Of a DNA stretch of 64,000 nt, positions 46,277-56,548 are shown piece by piece. The notes beneath the pieces are model-generated. The model was not told the origin of the DNA. It worked only from the letters and a program-made list of their open reading frames with translations, and searched no databases. Position 1 is the first letter of the stretch, and each line of letters opens with the position of its first letter. The stretch covers positions 27,272 through 91,271 of the forward strand of contig JAXELM010000097.1 of assembly GCA_034100525.1 (NCBI GenBank), written 5' to 3'. A program made the translations under genes and the position numbers. Origin of the DNA: Agathobacter sp. (GTDB lineage: Bacteria; Bacillota; Clostridia; Lachnospirales; Lachnospiraceae).

Positions 46277-48370
46277 TTATTCTTCTGTAGGTACATCTTT
46301 CATAGAAAAACTGATTCTGCCCATCTTATCTTTTCCAAGGCATACAACTTTGACCTTATCACCTAAAGTAAGAACATCTTCTACTCTGTTGATTCTCTCT
46401 TTCGAAATCTTCGAAATATGAACCATTCCTTCTTTTCCTGGTGCAAACTCAATAAATGCACCGAATTCTTTGATGCTGATTACTTTACCAGTAAAAATCT
46501 GTCCCTCTTCGAAATCAGTAGTGATAATTTTAATCATATCAATTGCACTTGCAATCATGGCTTTGTCTGTACCACAAACTGAAACTGCACCTTCATCTGT
46601 AATATCAATCTTCACACCGGTACGAGTAATAATCTCGTTAATTGTTTTTCCTTTCTGTCCGACAACATCACCGATTTTCTGAGGATCAATTGTAATCTGT
46701 TCAATCTTAGGTGCCCATTCATTTACTTCTTTTCTTGGTTCAGCTATTGCTTTGCTCATAACTTCATCCATGATATAGAGTCTTGCTTCTCTGGTTCTTG
46801 CTATAGCCTCTTCAACGATTGGACGTGTAAGACCATGAATCTTAATATCCATCTGAATAGCTGTGATTCCTTCATGTGTTCCTGTAACCTTAAAGTCCAT
46901 ATCACCGAAGAAATCCTCAAGTCCCTGAATGTCTGTAAGTACAACAAAATCATCATCAGTATCGCCTGTAACAAGACCACATGAAATACCAGCTACCATA
47001 GACTTAATTGGTACACCGGCTGCCATAAGTGACATACATGAAGCACATGTCGAAGCCATAGATGTAGATCCGTTTGACTCAAATGTCTCAGATACAGCAC
47101 GGATTGTATATGGGAACTCTTCTTCACTTGGAAGAACAGGTACTAAAGCCTTCTCAGCTAATGCACCATGACCAATCTCACGACGACCTGGTCCTCTTGA
47201 AACCTTTGTCTCACCCACAGAATATGCTGGGAAATTATAATGATGCATGTATCTCTTTGTTGTTACATTATCATCAAGACCATCAATCTTCTGAACTTCA
47301 GATAATGGTGCAAGAGTTACGATATCGCAAATCTGAGTCTGACCTCTTGTAAACATAGCAGAACCATGTACTCTAGGAATTAAATCAACTTCAGCTGCAA
47401 GTGGTCTTATCTGGTTGATTGCTCTTCCATCAGGACGTTTGTGATCTTTTAAAATCATCTTACGAACAGTCTTTTTCTGGTACTGATAAACAGCCTCACC
47501 TAAAACTGCAAGATACTCTTCGTTGTCAGCAAATGCTTCCTCAAATTTCTCTGTAACTGCTTTGATATTTGCTTCACGCTTTTGCTTCTCATCTGTAAAA
47601 ACTGCTTCCTCCATCTCTTCTGGAGTAACAATTTCTCTCATTGCTGCGAACATTTCCTCTGGAATTGCGCAACTTTCATACTCATGCTTTGGCTTACCGA
47701 TTTCGTCACGGATTTTGTCCATAAACTCAATAATTGTCTGGTTGATGTCATGACATTTGTAGATTGCTTCAATCATCTTGTCTTCTGGAACAACATTTGC
47801 ACCAGCTTCAATCATGATAACCTTTTCTTTAGTTGATGCAACTGTAAGCTGTAAATCACCCTCGTCCCAGTCTTTCTGAGATGGATTTACTACAAATTCT
47901 CCATTTACAAGACCCATCTGTGTCATTGCACAAGGACCGTCAAATGGAATATCAGAGATATGAACAGCTAATGCTGTACCAATCATTGACACGATTTCAG
48001 GACGACACTCTGGATCTACGGACATAACCAGATTATTTAATGTAACATCATTTCTATAATCCTTAGGGAATAAAGGTCTCATAGGACGATCAATAACACG
48101 GTCTGTTAAGATAGCGTTCTCTGATGCTTTTCCCTCTCTCTTGTTAAATCCTCCCGGGATTTTACCTACAGCATACATCTTCTCTTCGAATTCTACGCTA
48201 AGTGGGAAGAAATCCACACCATCACGTGGTTTGTCTGCAGCTGTTGCAGTCGATAAAACTGTTGTCTCGCCGTATTTGATAAACACCGCACCATTTGCCT
48301 GTGCAGCAACTCTTCCGATATCTACTGTAAGAGTTCTTCCGGCAAGTTCCATTGAATAACTTTTGTACAT
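46277..48370 (-). CDS. pnp: Polyribonucleotide nucleotidyltransferase
   Basis: DFFPLSV, DRPMRPLFP, GSAMFTRGQTQ, RREIGHG, ESNGSTSMA, GDMDFKV, KH and S1 domains. Confidence 0.98.
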   Translation of the reverse strand: MYKSYSMELAGRTLTVDIGRVAAQANGAVFIKYGETTVLSTATAADKPRDGVDFFPLSVEFEEKMYAVGKIPGGFNKREGKASENAILTDRVIDRPMRPLFPKDYRNDVTLNNLVMSVDPECRPEIVSMIGTALAVHISDIPFDGPCAMTQMGLVNGEFVVNPSQKDWDEGDLQLTVASTKEKVIMIEAGANVVPEDKMIEAIYKCHDINQTIIEFMDKIRDEIGKPKHEYESCAIPEEMFAAMREIVTPEEMEEAVFTDEKQKREANIKAVTEKFEEAFADNEEYLAVLGEAVYQYQKKTVRKMILKDHKRPDGRAINQIRPLAAEVDLIPRVHGSAMFTRGQTQICDIVTLAPLSEVQKIDGLDDNVTTKRYMHHYNFPAYSVGETKVSRGPGRREIGHGALAEKALVPVLPSEEEFPYTIRAVSETFESNGSTSMASTCASCMSLMAAGVPIKSMVAGISCGLVTGDTDDDFVVLTDIQGLEDFFGDMDFKVTGTHEGITAIQMDIKIHGLTRPIVEEAIARTREARLYIMDEVMSKAIAEPRKEVNEWAPKIEQITIDPQKIGDVVGQKGKTINEIITRTGVKIDITDEGAVSVCGTDKAMIASAIDMIKIITTDFEEGQIFTGKVISIKEFGAFIEFAPGKEGMVHISKISKERINRVEDVLTLGDKVKVVCLGKDKMGRISFSMKDVPTEE

Positions 48371-48397
48371 AAATTTTCTCCTTTTAAAATACTTCTT

Positions 48398-48470
48398 GAC
48401 AGAATTCCGAAACTACTGAAAAAAACATATACTATATGTACTTTTCAGTGGTCTCGGTAATATTTCTGTC
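48398..48470 (-). promoter_or_regulatory. Long hairpin in the pnp leader (candidate RNase III site)
   Basis: GACAGAA...CCGAGACCACTGAAAA...ACATAT / ATATGT...TTTTCAGTAGTTTCGG...TTCTGTC pairing. Confidence 0.65.
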
Positions 48471-48489
48471 TGACTTTTCGCAAAACACG

Positions 48490-48522
48490 AAAAAAGAGCG
48501 GAATTAATAACAACTCCGCTCT
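48490..48522 (-). terminator. Terminator after rpsO
   Basis: AGAGCGGAGTT/AATTCCGCTCT stem plus T tract. Confidence 0.8.
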
Positions 48523-48532
48523 AAAATTACAA

Positions 48533-48799
48533 TTATTTTCTGAGTCCTAAACGCTCGATAAGTGAACGATATCTCTCGATATCAATCTCCTTAAGGTATG
48601 ATAATAATCCACGTCTCTGACCGATCATCTTTAACATACCTCTTCTAGAATGGTGATCCTTTGGGTTCTGTTTCAAATGCTCAGTTAACTCCTGGATTCT
48701 TGCTGTAAGAATAGCCACCTGAACTTCTGGTGAACCAGTATCGTTAGGTGTTCTTCCATACTCAGCGATAATTGCCTGTTTCTTTTCCTTTGCGATCAT
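48533..48799 (-). CDS. rpsO: 30S ribosomal protein S15
   Basis: [30 protein letters not shown]. Confidence 0.98.
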   Translation of the reverse strand: MIAKEKKQAIIAEYGRTPNDTGSPEVQVAILTARIQELTEHLKQNPKDHHSRRGMLKMIGQRRGLLSYLKEIDIERYRSLIERLGLRK

Positions 48800-48825
48800 T
48801 ATTAGATCCTCCTTTATTATTCTTT

Positions 48826-48886
48826 ATGCCCGATGTTACTGATACTCAGCAGAAGGTCGGAGTGTCCATCCACCGAATATGGGCTA
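48826..48886 (-). ncRNA. Candidate S15 autoregulatory leader RNA
   Basis: 5' UTR with closing stem GCCC/GGGC and inner helix TATTCGGTGGA/TCTGCTGAGTA (G-U rich) just upstream of the SD. Confidence 0.6.
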
Positions 48887-48900
48887 AACCATACTTAGAA

Positions 48901-48929
48901 AGTATATCATAGTAAGTATGGCATGTAAA
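48901..48929 (-). promoter_or_regulatory. Sigma-A promoter of rpsO
   Basis: TTTACA-17 bp-TATACT with extended TG; -10 flanked by inverted repeat CCATACTTA/TAAGTATGG. Confidence 0.7.
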
Positions 48930-48942
48930 CATAAAAATAAAA

Positions 48943-50064
48943 TTAATTAAAATAGCTTACTACACAACGTGGTGTACTATAATATGCGTTTGAGATTTTA
49001 ATTCCTGCTCTCGCATTAGCAGCATGAACAATCTGTCCACCACCAATATAAATGCCGACATGTCCAATTCCACCGCTTCCATAGAAGAACAAATCTCCCG
49101 GTCTGGCTTCTGAAGCTTTGATTTTCTTACCATATCCAGGCTGTGATGCAGCATGATGAGGTAATGAAATACCAAAATGTGCATAAACCTGCATAGTAAA
49201 TCCGGAGCAGTCAACACCATTTGTAAGGCTTGTACCACCCCATACATATCTGTTTCCTACGAACTGTAATGCATATTGAACTAATGCAACACGTACATCT
49301 GATACCCCATTTCCGTATTTTACTTCAGTAACAGTCTTCGCTGTAGGAAGTTTCTGCGATGCAGAAGCAAAATCTGTTGAAATGTATCCCTCTTCATCAT
49401 CGTCAGCCTCGACCTTGTACCATCCGTCAAGCTCTTCAACGATAACCATTTCCTCACCTTCGCCTATAAGCTGTAATGTTTTTGCTTTTGTATCAGCCTC
49501 TGCACGAACACGAAGAGTCTGTGTATTTTCTATTGTGGCGATATTCTGTACTTCATCTTTTGCAACCTCAAGTGCAGCGTCGCCAGAAAGAATATATTCA
49601 CTATTTACATATCCTGTTACTTTTCCTGATTTAATCTTGTACCAGCCATCTTTTGTATCAAGAATCTCGCAGGCATTGTGTTTTGTCATTTTACCGACAA
49701 TCTCACCACTCGCTGATGCCTCATCTCGTACATTTAAATTGCCTTCTGTAATATTGGCAATTCCTAAATTCTTATATCCACAAATTGTACCATCATCCTG
49801 TGCTGCTGTTACAATATTTGTATCAGATTCTGTGACAAATGTCTGATTTAATAATTCTGAGGTAACACCTGCTGTAACCTCATGATTATATATAAGTGAC
49901 GAGTTAAATTCTGAAGTCACACCTGCAACCGGCTGCTCAGAAGTGACTGTAATCACATCGACCGAAGAGCTATCCTTATCATGAATATTTACTGTTATTA
50001 CACCTATACCAAGTGTAAATGCAGTGATTACACATAAATGGTTTAATATCTTTTTGTTAATCAT
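48943..50064 (-). CDS. Secreted SH3b-SH3b-NlpC/P60 cell wall endopeptidase
   Basis: Signal/TM segment, two SH3b (LNVR..GWYKI; LRVR..GWYKV), YVWGG, DCSGF, GHVGIY, VHAAN. Confidence 0.92.
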   Translation of the reverse strand: MINKKILNHLCVITAFTLGIGVITVNIHDKDSSSVDVITVTSEQPVAGVTSEFNSSLIYNHEVTAGVTSELLNQTFVTESDTNIVTAAQDDGTICGYKNLGIANITEGNLNVRDEASASGEIVGKMTKHNACEILDTKDGWYKIKSGKVTGYVNSEYILSGDAALEVAKDEVQNIATIENTQTLRVRAEADTKAKTLQLIGEGEEMVIVEELDGWYKVEADDDEEGYISTDFASASQKLPTAKTVTEVKYGNGVSDVRVALVQYALQFVGNRYVWGGTSLTNGVDCSGFTMQVYAHFGISLPHHAASQPGYGKKIKASEARPGDLFFYGSGGIGHVGIYIGGGQIVHAANARAGIKISNAYYSTPRCVVSYFN

Positions 50065-50106
50065 ATATCCTCCATTTCAATTCAATCCTTCGCACTTCGA
50101 TTATTG

Positions 50107-50135
50107 AGTATATCAACACAAATTTAGAATGTCAA
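50107..50135 (-). promoter_or_regulatory. Sigma-A promoter of the NlpC/P60 gene (overlaps the ribF 3' end)
   Basis: TTGACA-17 bp-TATACT with extended TG. Confidence 0.8.
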
Positions 50136-51066
50136 TATTATGTGTAATATTTCTGTAATATTTATAAGTTTTAACTATATCTTTATTCATCTGTTCTTTT
50201 AGTTCATCAATAGACTTAAATTTCATCTCCGGACGTAAATATTTCAGAAACTGAACTGTAACATCTTTGCCATATATATCCTGGCAAAAATCAATCAGAT
50301 ATGTCTCTAATCCCAATGGATTATTATCTCCTACAGTCGGTTTGTTGCCAATATTTGACACACCCATATACCATTTATCTGCAACCTCAACTTTTGTAAT
50401 ATATACGCCCTTTGGTGGTAAAACCTTTTCGTTCGGTATATTCATATTTATAGTCGGTATACCGATAGTCCTTCCGAGCTGCTTTCCGTGAACGACTTTA
50501 CTTTTTATAAAATATTCATATCCTAAAAGCTTATTTACAAGTTCGATATTGCCTTGCTCTATCTCCTCGCGAATGTATGTACTGCTTATATCTCTTCCAT
50601 TGTACTGTTTTTTATCGATTACTTTAACTTCATAATTATATTTATCAGCATTTTCCTGCAATGTATGATAATTTCCAGAACGATTATGTCCAAAACCAAA
50701 ATCAGTTCCGACGACAACATATTTCACATTAAATTTATCAACTATCCATTTAATAAAATCCTCTGGCTCCATACACATTATCTCTTTTATAAACGGACAT
50801 TCAAATAAAATATCTATACCATTTTTTTCAAATACAATTCTTTTTTCTTCGTTTGTAGTAATTACTTTTGTCATAGAACTGTCCATGCCCGGTTTTGGTG
50901 GTATATCAAAAGTAAACACGACTGATTTATAATTATGTAAAGAACATAACTCCTTTTGTTTTTCAATTAGCAACTCATGACCTCTGTGGAGCCCATCAAA
51001 TTTACCTAATGTAATAACAGAAGGAGCACTTTGTCTATAATCTAAATTCTTGCTAATGTATTCCAT
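50113..51066 (-). CDS. ribF: Bifunctional riboflavin kinase/FAD synthetase
   Basis: GKFDGLHRGH, VGTDFGFG, ISSTYIR, GRTIGIPTIN, NIGNKPTV, LRPEMKF. Confidence 0.96.
   Translation of the reverse strand: MEYISKNLDYRQSAPSVITLGKFDGLHRGHELLIEKQKELCSLHNYKSVVFTFDIPPKPGMDSSMTKVITTNEEKRIVFEKNGIDILFECPFIKEIMCMEPEDFIKWIVDKFNVKYVVVGTDFGFGHNRSGNYHTLQENADKYNYEVKVIDKKQYNGRDISSTYIREEIEQGNIELVNKLLGYEYFIKSKVVHGKQLGRTIGIPTINMNIPNEKVLPPKGVYITKVEVADKWYMGVSNIGNKPTVGDNNPLGLETYLIDFCQDIYGKDVTVQFLKYLRPEMKFKSIDELKEQMNKDIVKTYKYYRNITHNIDILNLC
50143..50159. promoter_or_regulatory. WalR-box candidate
   Basis: TGTAAT-ATTTC-TGTAAT equals TGTWAH-N5-TGTWAH, 7 bp upstream of the -35. Confidence 0.6.
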
Positions 51067-51067
51067 A

Positions 51068-51964
51068 TTACTCCATAAATCTTTTTACTGGTTGAAAAAT
51101 ATCATCCGAATCAATGTACTTGTATATTCCAACAAATACTTCATCCCATGTGTATAATCTTACCAAACTATCAAAAGCAGTGTCTTCAAAATTAGATATC
51201 ATAGCTTTATTCAGTTTATTTCCATTTTTGATAAATTTATCAGCTTCTTCTTTTGCAAATACCTTTGGATAAGTATCAAAAACAAAATCTATCGGATATA
51301 TAAATTCATACGAATTATCAGAAACAGCCTTTTCTATTTCTGATAATTTCAAAGCATCATTAACACCAAATACAGACACCTTTGTCCTCAGCAATTCCTT
51401 CATGCACGCATAGCATCCTAATTTCATCCCTATGTCATTACACAAAGTCCTTATATATGTTCCTTTTGAACAATGCACCCTCATTTTAATCTCAGGAATT
51501 TTTATATCAAGAATGTCAATTGAGTATATTTCTATCTCTCTTGCTTTTCTCTCAACTGTAATTCCTTTTCTGGCGAGGTCGCATAATTTTTGACCATTTA
51601 TTTTTAAAGCGGAATACATAGGTGGAACCTGCATTATCTTTCCCACGAATGAATTAATAGTATTTTTAATCTGTATTTCATCAACTTTGACATCTGCACT
51701 ATTAATAATCTGACCTGATATATCCTGCGTATCCGTTTCTACACCTAGCAACATTGTTGTCTCGTATATTTTATCTTTATCAGTAAGCAGCTCACACACT
51801 TTCGTTGCTTTGCCCAGACAAACGGGAAGCACCCCTTCCGCATCTGGATCAAGGGTGCCCGTATGTCCAACTTTCTTTTGATGCATTATTCCACGCATTT
51901 TTGCAACTACATCAAAGCTTGTATATCCTTTTTCTTTATATACATTTACAATTCCGTTTATCAT
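51068..51964 (-). CDS. truB: tRNA pseudouridine(55) synthase
   Basis: KVGHTGTLDPDAEGVL, QVPPMYSALK, CSKGTYIRTL. Confidence 0.97.
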   Translation of the reverse strand: MINGIVNVYKEKGYTSFDVVAKMRGIMHQKKVGHTGTLDPDAEGVLPVCLGKATKVCELLTDKDKIYETTMLLGVETDTQDISGQIINSADVKVDEIQIKNTINSFVGKIMQVPPMYSALKINGQKLCDLARKGITVERKAREIEIYSIDILDIKIPEIKMRVHCSKGTYIRTLCNDIGMKLGCYACMKELLRTKVSVFGVNDALKLSEIEKAVSDNSYEFIYPIDFVFDTYPKVFAKEEADKFIKNGNKLNKAMISNFEDTAFDSLVRLYTWDEVFVGIYKYIDSDDIFQPVKRFME

Positions 51965-51971
51965 CGTATAC

Positions 51972-52925
51972 CTACAATTTTTCTCTTATTACATCTAATA
52001 CCTCATTAATAGTCTCTTCAATTGGACCATCTATTGTAAATCCAGCAGCTTTTACATGACCACCACCGCCAAAGCATGCTGCAATCTCAGCTACATCAAT
52101 ATTGCCATTTACACGAAGACTTCCCTTAAATGTTCCATCCTCATTTTCGTAAATAAAGAGTGCAACTTTAACACCCTTTGTAACTCTAAGCTGATTTACA
52201 ATTCCGTCAAGATGTTTTGGAAGCACATCAAATTTCTGCATATCCTCTCGTGTAATAATGCTTGAAATACATGCTCCACCAAAATGCAACTGGCTCTTAA
52301 GCAATGCCTGTCCTAAAATTTTGTTCTGATTATAAGTCTTTGTATAGAATGTCTCATCTACAATCTTCGGATAATCTATATCCATTTCCATCAGTTGTCC
52401 AGCAATATCCATAGTCTTAGAAGATGTGCATGAATATTGGAACACTCCGGTATCATGAACCATTCCTGTATACAGACATTCAGCAATATCTTTGTTGATA
52501 TTCTCTGCCCCTATCAATTCGAATACAAGCTCACATGTAGAACTTGCATCTGGAAAAATATAATTATCATCTGCAAAAACCTGATTGCTTACATGATGAT
52601 CAATACACATTGTCCTGTCAGCCTTTGAAAAATAAGAAGCTGCCTGTCCTAATCTTCCCAAATCTCCACAATCAAGACATATAAACAAATCAAAATCATA
52701 ATTATCTTCGCAGGTATTTATGATTTTGTCACTATTTTTCATAAATTTAAATATATTAGGAATTGGTTCTAAAAAAATATGAATATTTTTGTCAGGAAAT
52801 GCACTTGCAATATAGTTATATACTGCAAGTGTAGATCCAACACAATCCCCATCCGGTCTAACATGACCAGCAATTCCTATTGAATTGCTATTACCAATTA
52901 TTTTTTTGAAATCATTTGATGTCAT
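51972..52925 (-). CDS. nrnA: DHH family oligoribonuclease/pAp phosphatase NrnA
   Basis: HVRPDGDCVGS, IDHH, DTG, GGGGHVKAAG. Confidence 0.9.
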   Translation of the reverse strand: MTSNDFKKIIGNSNSIGIAGHVRPDGDCVGSTLAVYNYIASAFPDKNIHIFLEPIPNIFKFMKNSDKIINTCEDNYDFDLFICLDCGDLGRLGQAASYFSKADRTMCIDHHVSNQVFADDNYIFPDASSTCELVFELIGAENINKDIAECLYTGMVHDTGVFQYSCTSSKTMDIAGQLMEMDIDYPKIVDETFYTKTYNQNKILGQALLKSQLHFGGACISSIITREDMQKFDVLPKHLDGIVNQLRVTKGVKVALFIYENEDGTFKGSLRVNGNIDVAEIAACFGGGGHVKAAGFTIDGPIEETINEVLDVIREKL

Positions 52926-52929
52926 CCGT

Positions 52930-53286
52930 TTATAAATCCTTTGTCAATTCATCTATTTTTTTTGACATATTTATACCATATTCAATAGATTGATCCAGAA
53001 TAAATTTAATCTCTGGTGTATTTCGAAGATTGATTGATTTTGCAAGTGCTCTTCTAATATATCCTTCGGCAGATTTTAATCCTTTAATTGTATCCTGCTG
53101 TGATTTTTCATCACCTAAAACACTTATATAAGCTTTTGCAGTTTTTAAATCAGGTGCAACTTCAACTGCAACAACACTTGTCATAGGATTAATTCTTGGA
53201 TCTTTAATCTCGCCTCGAATTATATTAGACAGCTCACGCATCACTTCTTCATTAATTCGAATATTTTTAATACTGTTTTTTCTCAA
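52930..53286 (-). CDS. rbfA: Ribosome-binding factor A
   Basis: IKDPRI, DLKTAKAY, LRNTPEIKFILD; TTG start. Confidence 0.95.
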   Translation of the reverse strand: MRKNSIKNIRINEEVMRELSNIIRGEIKDPRINPMTSVVAVEVAPDLKTAKAYISVLGDEKSQQDTIKGLKSAEGYIRRALAKSINLRNTPEIKFILDQSIEYGINMSKKIDELTKDL

Positions 53287-53300
53287 AATATACTCACTTT

Positions 53301-55952
53301 CTATCTAGGTATCTCAACCATTTTATAAGCCTCAACTACATCAAGCTCCTGAATTTCGTTAAATCCGTCAAATACAAGACCACATTCATAGCCGGCTTTA
53401 ACTTCTTTAACATCATCCTTATATCTCTTAAGTGAAGCAAGGTCTCCTTCAAAGAGCTGTTCTCCTTCTCTAGAGATTCGAACACGACAGCCTCTCTCCA
53501 TAAAGCCATCTAATACATATGAACCAGCAATATTTCCAACACCTGATGCTTTGAAAATCTGTCTGATTTCTGCATGACCTATAATTTTCTCTTCGAAAAT
53601 CGGATCAAGCATTCCCTTCATAGCAGCCTCAATATCTTCGATTGCTTTATAGATTACTTTGTAAAGTCGTACATCAACACCTTCTCTGTCAGCTGTTGCT
53701 TTTGCGATAGGGTCTGGTCTGACATTAAATCCAATGATAATTGCATTTGATGCAGATGCAAGTATAACATCGGATTCATTGATTGCTCCAACACCACCAT
53801 GAATAACTTTTACAAGTACTTCTTCGTTTGACAGCTTAACAAGACTTTGTTTAACAGCTTCTACAGAACCCTGAACATCTGCTTTTACGATGATATCAAG
53901 CTCTTTCATATTACCGCTTTGAATCTGTGAGAAAAGTTCATCGAGAGACATTTTGGCTTTTGTCTCTTCAATAAGACGATTCTTCTCTTCTGAAATATAT
54001 GTGTCAGCAAATGCTTTTGCCTCTTTGTCATTATCACACATAACAAAGGTTTCACCAGCAGCCGGAACACTGTTTAAACCTAAAATCTCAACAGGTGTAG
54101 ATGGTCCTGCTTCTTTTACTCTTCTTCCGTTATCATCAATCATGGCACGGACTTTACCATAACTGCTTCCACATGCTATAGAATCACCTACATGCAATGT
54201 ACCCTTTTGTACAAGCATTGTTGCCACTGCACCACGTCCTTTATCAAGCTGTGCTTCGATTACAAGTCCTCTTGCATTTCTATTAGGATTTGCTTTTAAC
54301 TCAAGCACTTCTGCTGTAAGAAGAATCATCTCCAGAAGATTGTCGATTCCCTCTTTAGTATGTGCAGATACCGGACAGAAAATTGTACTTCCACCCCAAT
54401 CTTCAGGGATAAGCTCATATTCAGATAATTCCTGCTTTACTTTATCAAGATTAGCACTCGGTTTATCCATCTTGTTTACAGCTACAATTATTTCAACTCC
54501 GGCAGCTTTAGCATGGTTAATAGCTTCAACGGTCTGAGGCATGACTCCATCATCTGCAGCAACTACAAGGATTGCAATATCTGTTGAATTAGCGCCACGC
54601 ATACGCATAGCTGTAAATGCCTCATGTCCCGGTGTATCAAGGAATGTAATACTCTGACCATTAATTGATACAACTGAAGCACCGATATGCTGAGTGATTC
54701 CACCAGCTTCTCTATCTGTCACCTTTGTTGAACGAATTGCATCGAGAAGCGATGTTTTACCATGATCTACATGACCCATTACGCATACAACAGGTGGTCT
54801 TGATACCATAGTTGCTTCATCTTCCTCATCCTCTTTGAGGAGCTCTGCAATAACATCAACCTTTTCTTCTGCCTCACAGATATAGTTAAACTCAAGAGCA
54901 ATTTCTTCTGCCTCTTCAAAACTAATATCTGAGTTCATTGTAACCATCTGACCCTTAAGGAAAAGCTTCTTAATAATTGCTGATGGCTGCTGTTTCATCT
55001 TATCAGCAAGTTCTTTGATAGTCATTTTCTCTGGAAGAGTTATTGTCTTAATTTCATTTTCATCTTCCTTAGGCTGCTGTGGCTGCTGTTGTGGTTTCTT
55101 CTTACCACCATGCTTTTCAAGATTTACATAGTTCTCCTGCTTCTTTCCAAGTTTATCGTGATCCTGCTGTTTTTTATTATTACGTCTGTCGTTATTATTT
55201 CTTTCGCGACTTTCTTTTGGTCTTACATCATCGGCTACAGGTATAGATGTCTCTCTCTCGAAACGTGGCTTATTATCACGCTTCTTAAAATCATTCTGCT
55301 GACGATCTCCCTGAGGCTTATTATTTTTGTTAAAGCGGTCATTGTTTTTATCTGAACGCTCATTTCTATTATTATTGTTGTTATTATTGTTATTATTACG
55401 CTCTCCCTGAGGTTTTGCGTTTCTCTGCTGGCGTTCACTCTTTTGTGCCTTATCATTTTGAGGCTTATTATTTTTATTTACTACCTCTGTGCTGAAATCA
55501 TCGTTATTTCCAGCTGTTCTTTCACTGATTGGTCTCATTGCACGTTCGCCAATTGGACGTGGACGAATAATACTATGCTGTTCTGGTCTCGAAGGAGTAT
55601 GCTCTCTTCTACTTTTATTTTTGTCATTATTATTGCCATTTCCAGATTTAGCATTACCGCGAGCAGATGAATTATTTGCACCTGGTCTTCTTGCCTGTTT
55701 GCTGTACTGTGCATTAAAAACCGCTGTTATATTTTTCTTTTTCGGTTTTACTGCATCGGTTTTTTCAGCATTTTCTTCTTTAGGCTGTTCAACCTTCTTT
55801 GAAAATTTCTTCCTGACTATTTCCTGTGCAGCATCCTCAATTCCACTTTGAGCACTTTTTACCGCATATTCAGTACTACTTAATGTATCTATTATATCTT
55901 GTGATTTTATTTCTAATTCTTTTGCAAGTTCATGAACTCTCATTTTTGCCAT
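53301..55952 (-). CDS. infB: Translation initiation factor IF-2
   Basis: [57 protein letters not shown]. Confidence 0.98.
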   Translation of the reverse strand: MAKMRVHELAKELEIKSQDIIDTLSSTEYAVKSAQSGIEDAAQEIVRKKFSKKVEQPKEENAEKTDAVKPKKKNITAVFNAQYSKQARRPGANNSSARGNAKSGNGNNNDKNKSRREHTPSRPEQHSIIRPRPIGERAMRPISERTAGNNDDFSTEVVNKNNKPQNDKAQKSERQQRNAKPQGERNNNNNNNNNNRNERSDKNNDRFNKNNKPQGDRQQNDFKKRDNKPRFERETSIPVADDVRPKESRERNNNDRRNNKKQQDHDKLGKKQENYVNLEKHGGKKKPQQQPQQPKEDENEIKTITLPEKMTIKELADKMKQQPSAIIKKLFLKGQMVTMNSDISFEEAEEIALEFNYICEAEEKVDVIAELLKEDEEDEATMVSRPPVVCVMGHVDHGKTSLLDAIRSTKVTDREAGGITQHIGASVVSINGQSITFLDTPGHEAFTAMRMRGANSTDIAILVVAADDGVMPQTVEAINHAKAAGVEIIVAVNKMDKPSANLDKVKQELSEYELIPEDWGGSTIFCPVSAHTKEGIDNLLEMILLTAEVLELKANPNRNARGLVIEAQLDKGRGAVATMLVQKGTLHVGDSIACGSSYGKVRAMIDDNGRRVKEAGPSTPVEILGLNSVPAAGETFVMCDNDKEAKAFADTYISEEKNRLIEETKAKMSLDELFSQIQSGNMKELDIIVKADVQGSVEAVKQSLVKLSNEEVLVKVIHGGVGAINESDVILASASNAIIIGFNVRPDPIAKATADREGVDVRLYKVIYKAIEDIEAAMKGMLDPIFEEKIIGHAEIRQIFKASGVGNIAGSYVLDGFMERGCRVRISREGEQLFEGDLASLKRYKDDVKEVKAGYECGLVFDGFNEIQELDVVEAYKMVEIPR
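55368..55397 (-). repeat. (AAY)10 trinucleotide tract encoding poly-Asn in the IF-2 linker
   Basis: Ten consecutive AAT/AAC codons. Confidence 0.9.
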
Positions 55953-55969
55953 ATATCAAATTTCCTCCG

Positions 55970-56281
55970 TTATTCAGTTTTATTTTGCAGAAGCTTCGTT
56001 TCAACTGCTTTGGCAAGATTTTCGTCTACAATTGCAAGCGAAGCACGAAATTCTTTGCCTATTGCTCTTCCTAATGATTCTTTATCTCCATAAAAATATA
56101 TAGGAACTTCATAAAATGATGTCATATCTGTAAAATGTTTTTTGGTATTTTCCGATGCTTCTTCTGAAACTATAACCAAAAAAGCAGAACCTGTTTTTAC
56201 AGCCTTTTCAGTTGAAAACTCACCGCTTACAACATTGCCTGACTTAGCCGCAATACCTATCATAGATAAAACTCTATCCAT
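55970..56281 (-). CDS. ylxQ: L7Ae family RNA-binding protein (YlxQ)
   Basis: SMIGIAAKSG..VSGE, ASENTKK, LGRAIGK. Confidence 0.9.
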   Translation of the reverse strand: MDRVLSMIGIAAKSGNVVSGEFSTEKAVKTGSAFLVIVSEEASENTKKHFTDMTSFYEVPIYFYGDKESLGRAIGKEFRASLAIVDENLAKAVETKLLQNKTE

Positions 56282-56546
56282 CAATCTGACTCATCTCCCT
56301 ATCAAGATTCTCATATACCTCGTCAGGTATTACAACCTTCAAGGAACGCTCAATACCTTTTGTTTTTCTGGCTTTTTTCAAACATTCAGTATTTGCACAA
56401 ATATAAGCACCTCTGCCATTTTTCTTTCCAGTAGAATCAAGTATTACCTCACCCTCAGGTGTTTTTATAATTCTAATTAATTCCGTCTTATTTTTCATTT
56501 GCGCACAACCGACGCATTGTCTTTGTGGAATCTTTTTATTTCCCAT
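56274..56546 (-). CDS. ylxR: YlxR/DUF448 protein (RnpM)
   Basis: PQRQCVGC, ELIRI, GRGAYIC...C. Confidence 0.92.
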   Translation of the reverse strand: MGNKKIPQRQCVGCAQMKNKTELIRIIKTPEGEVILDSTGKKNGRGAYICANTECLKKARKTKGIERSLKVVIPDEVYENLDREMSQIDG

Positions 56547-56548
56547 TA

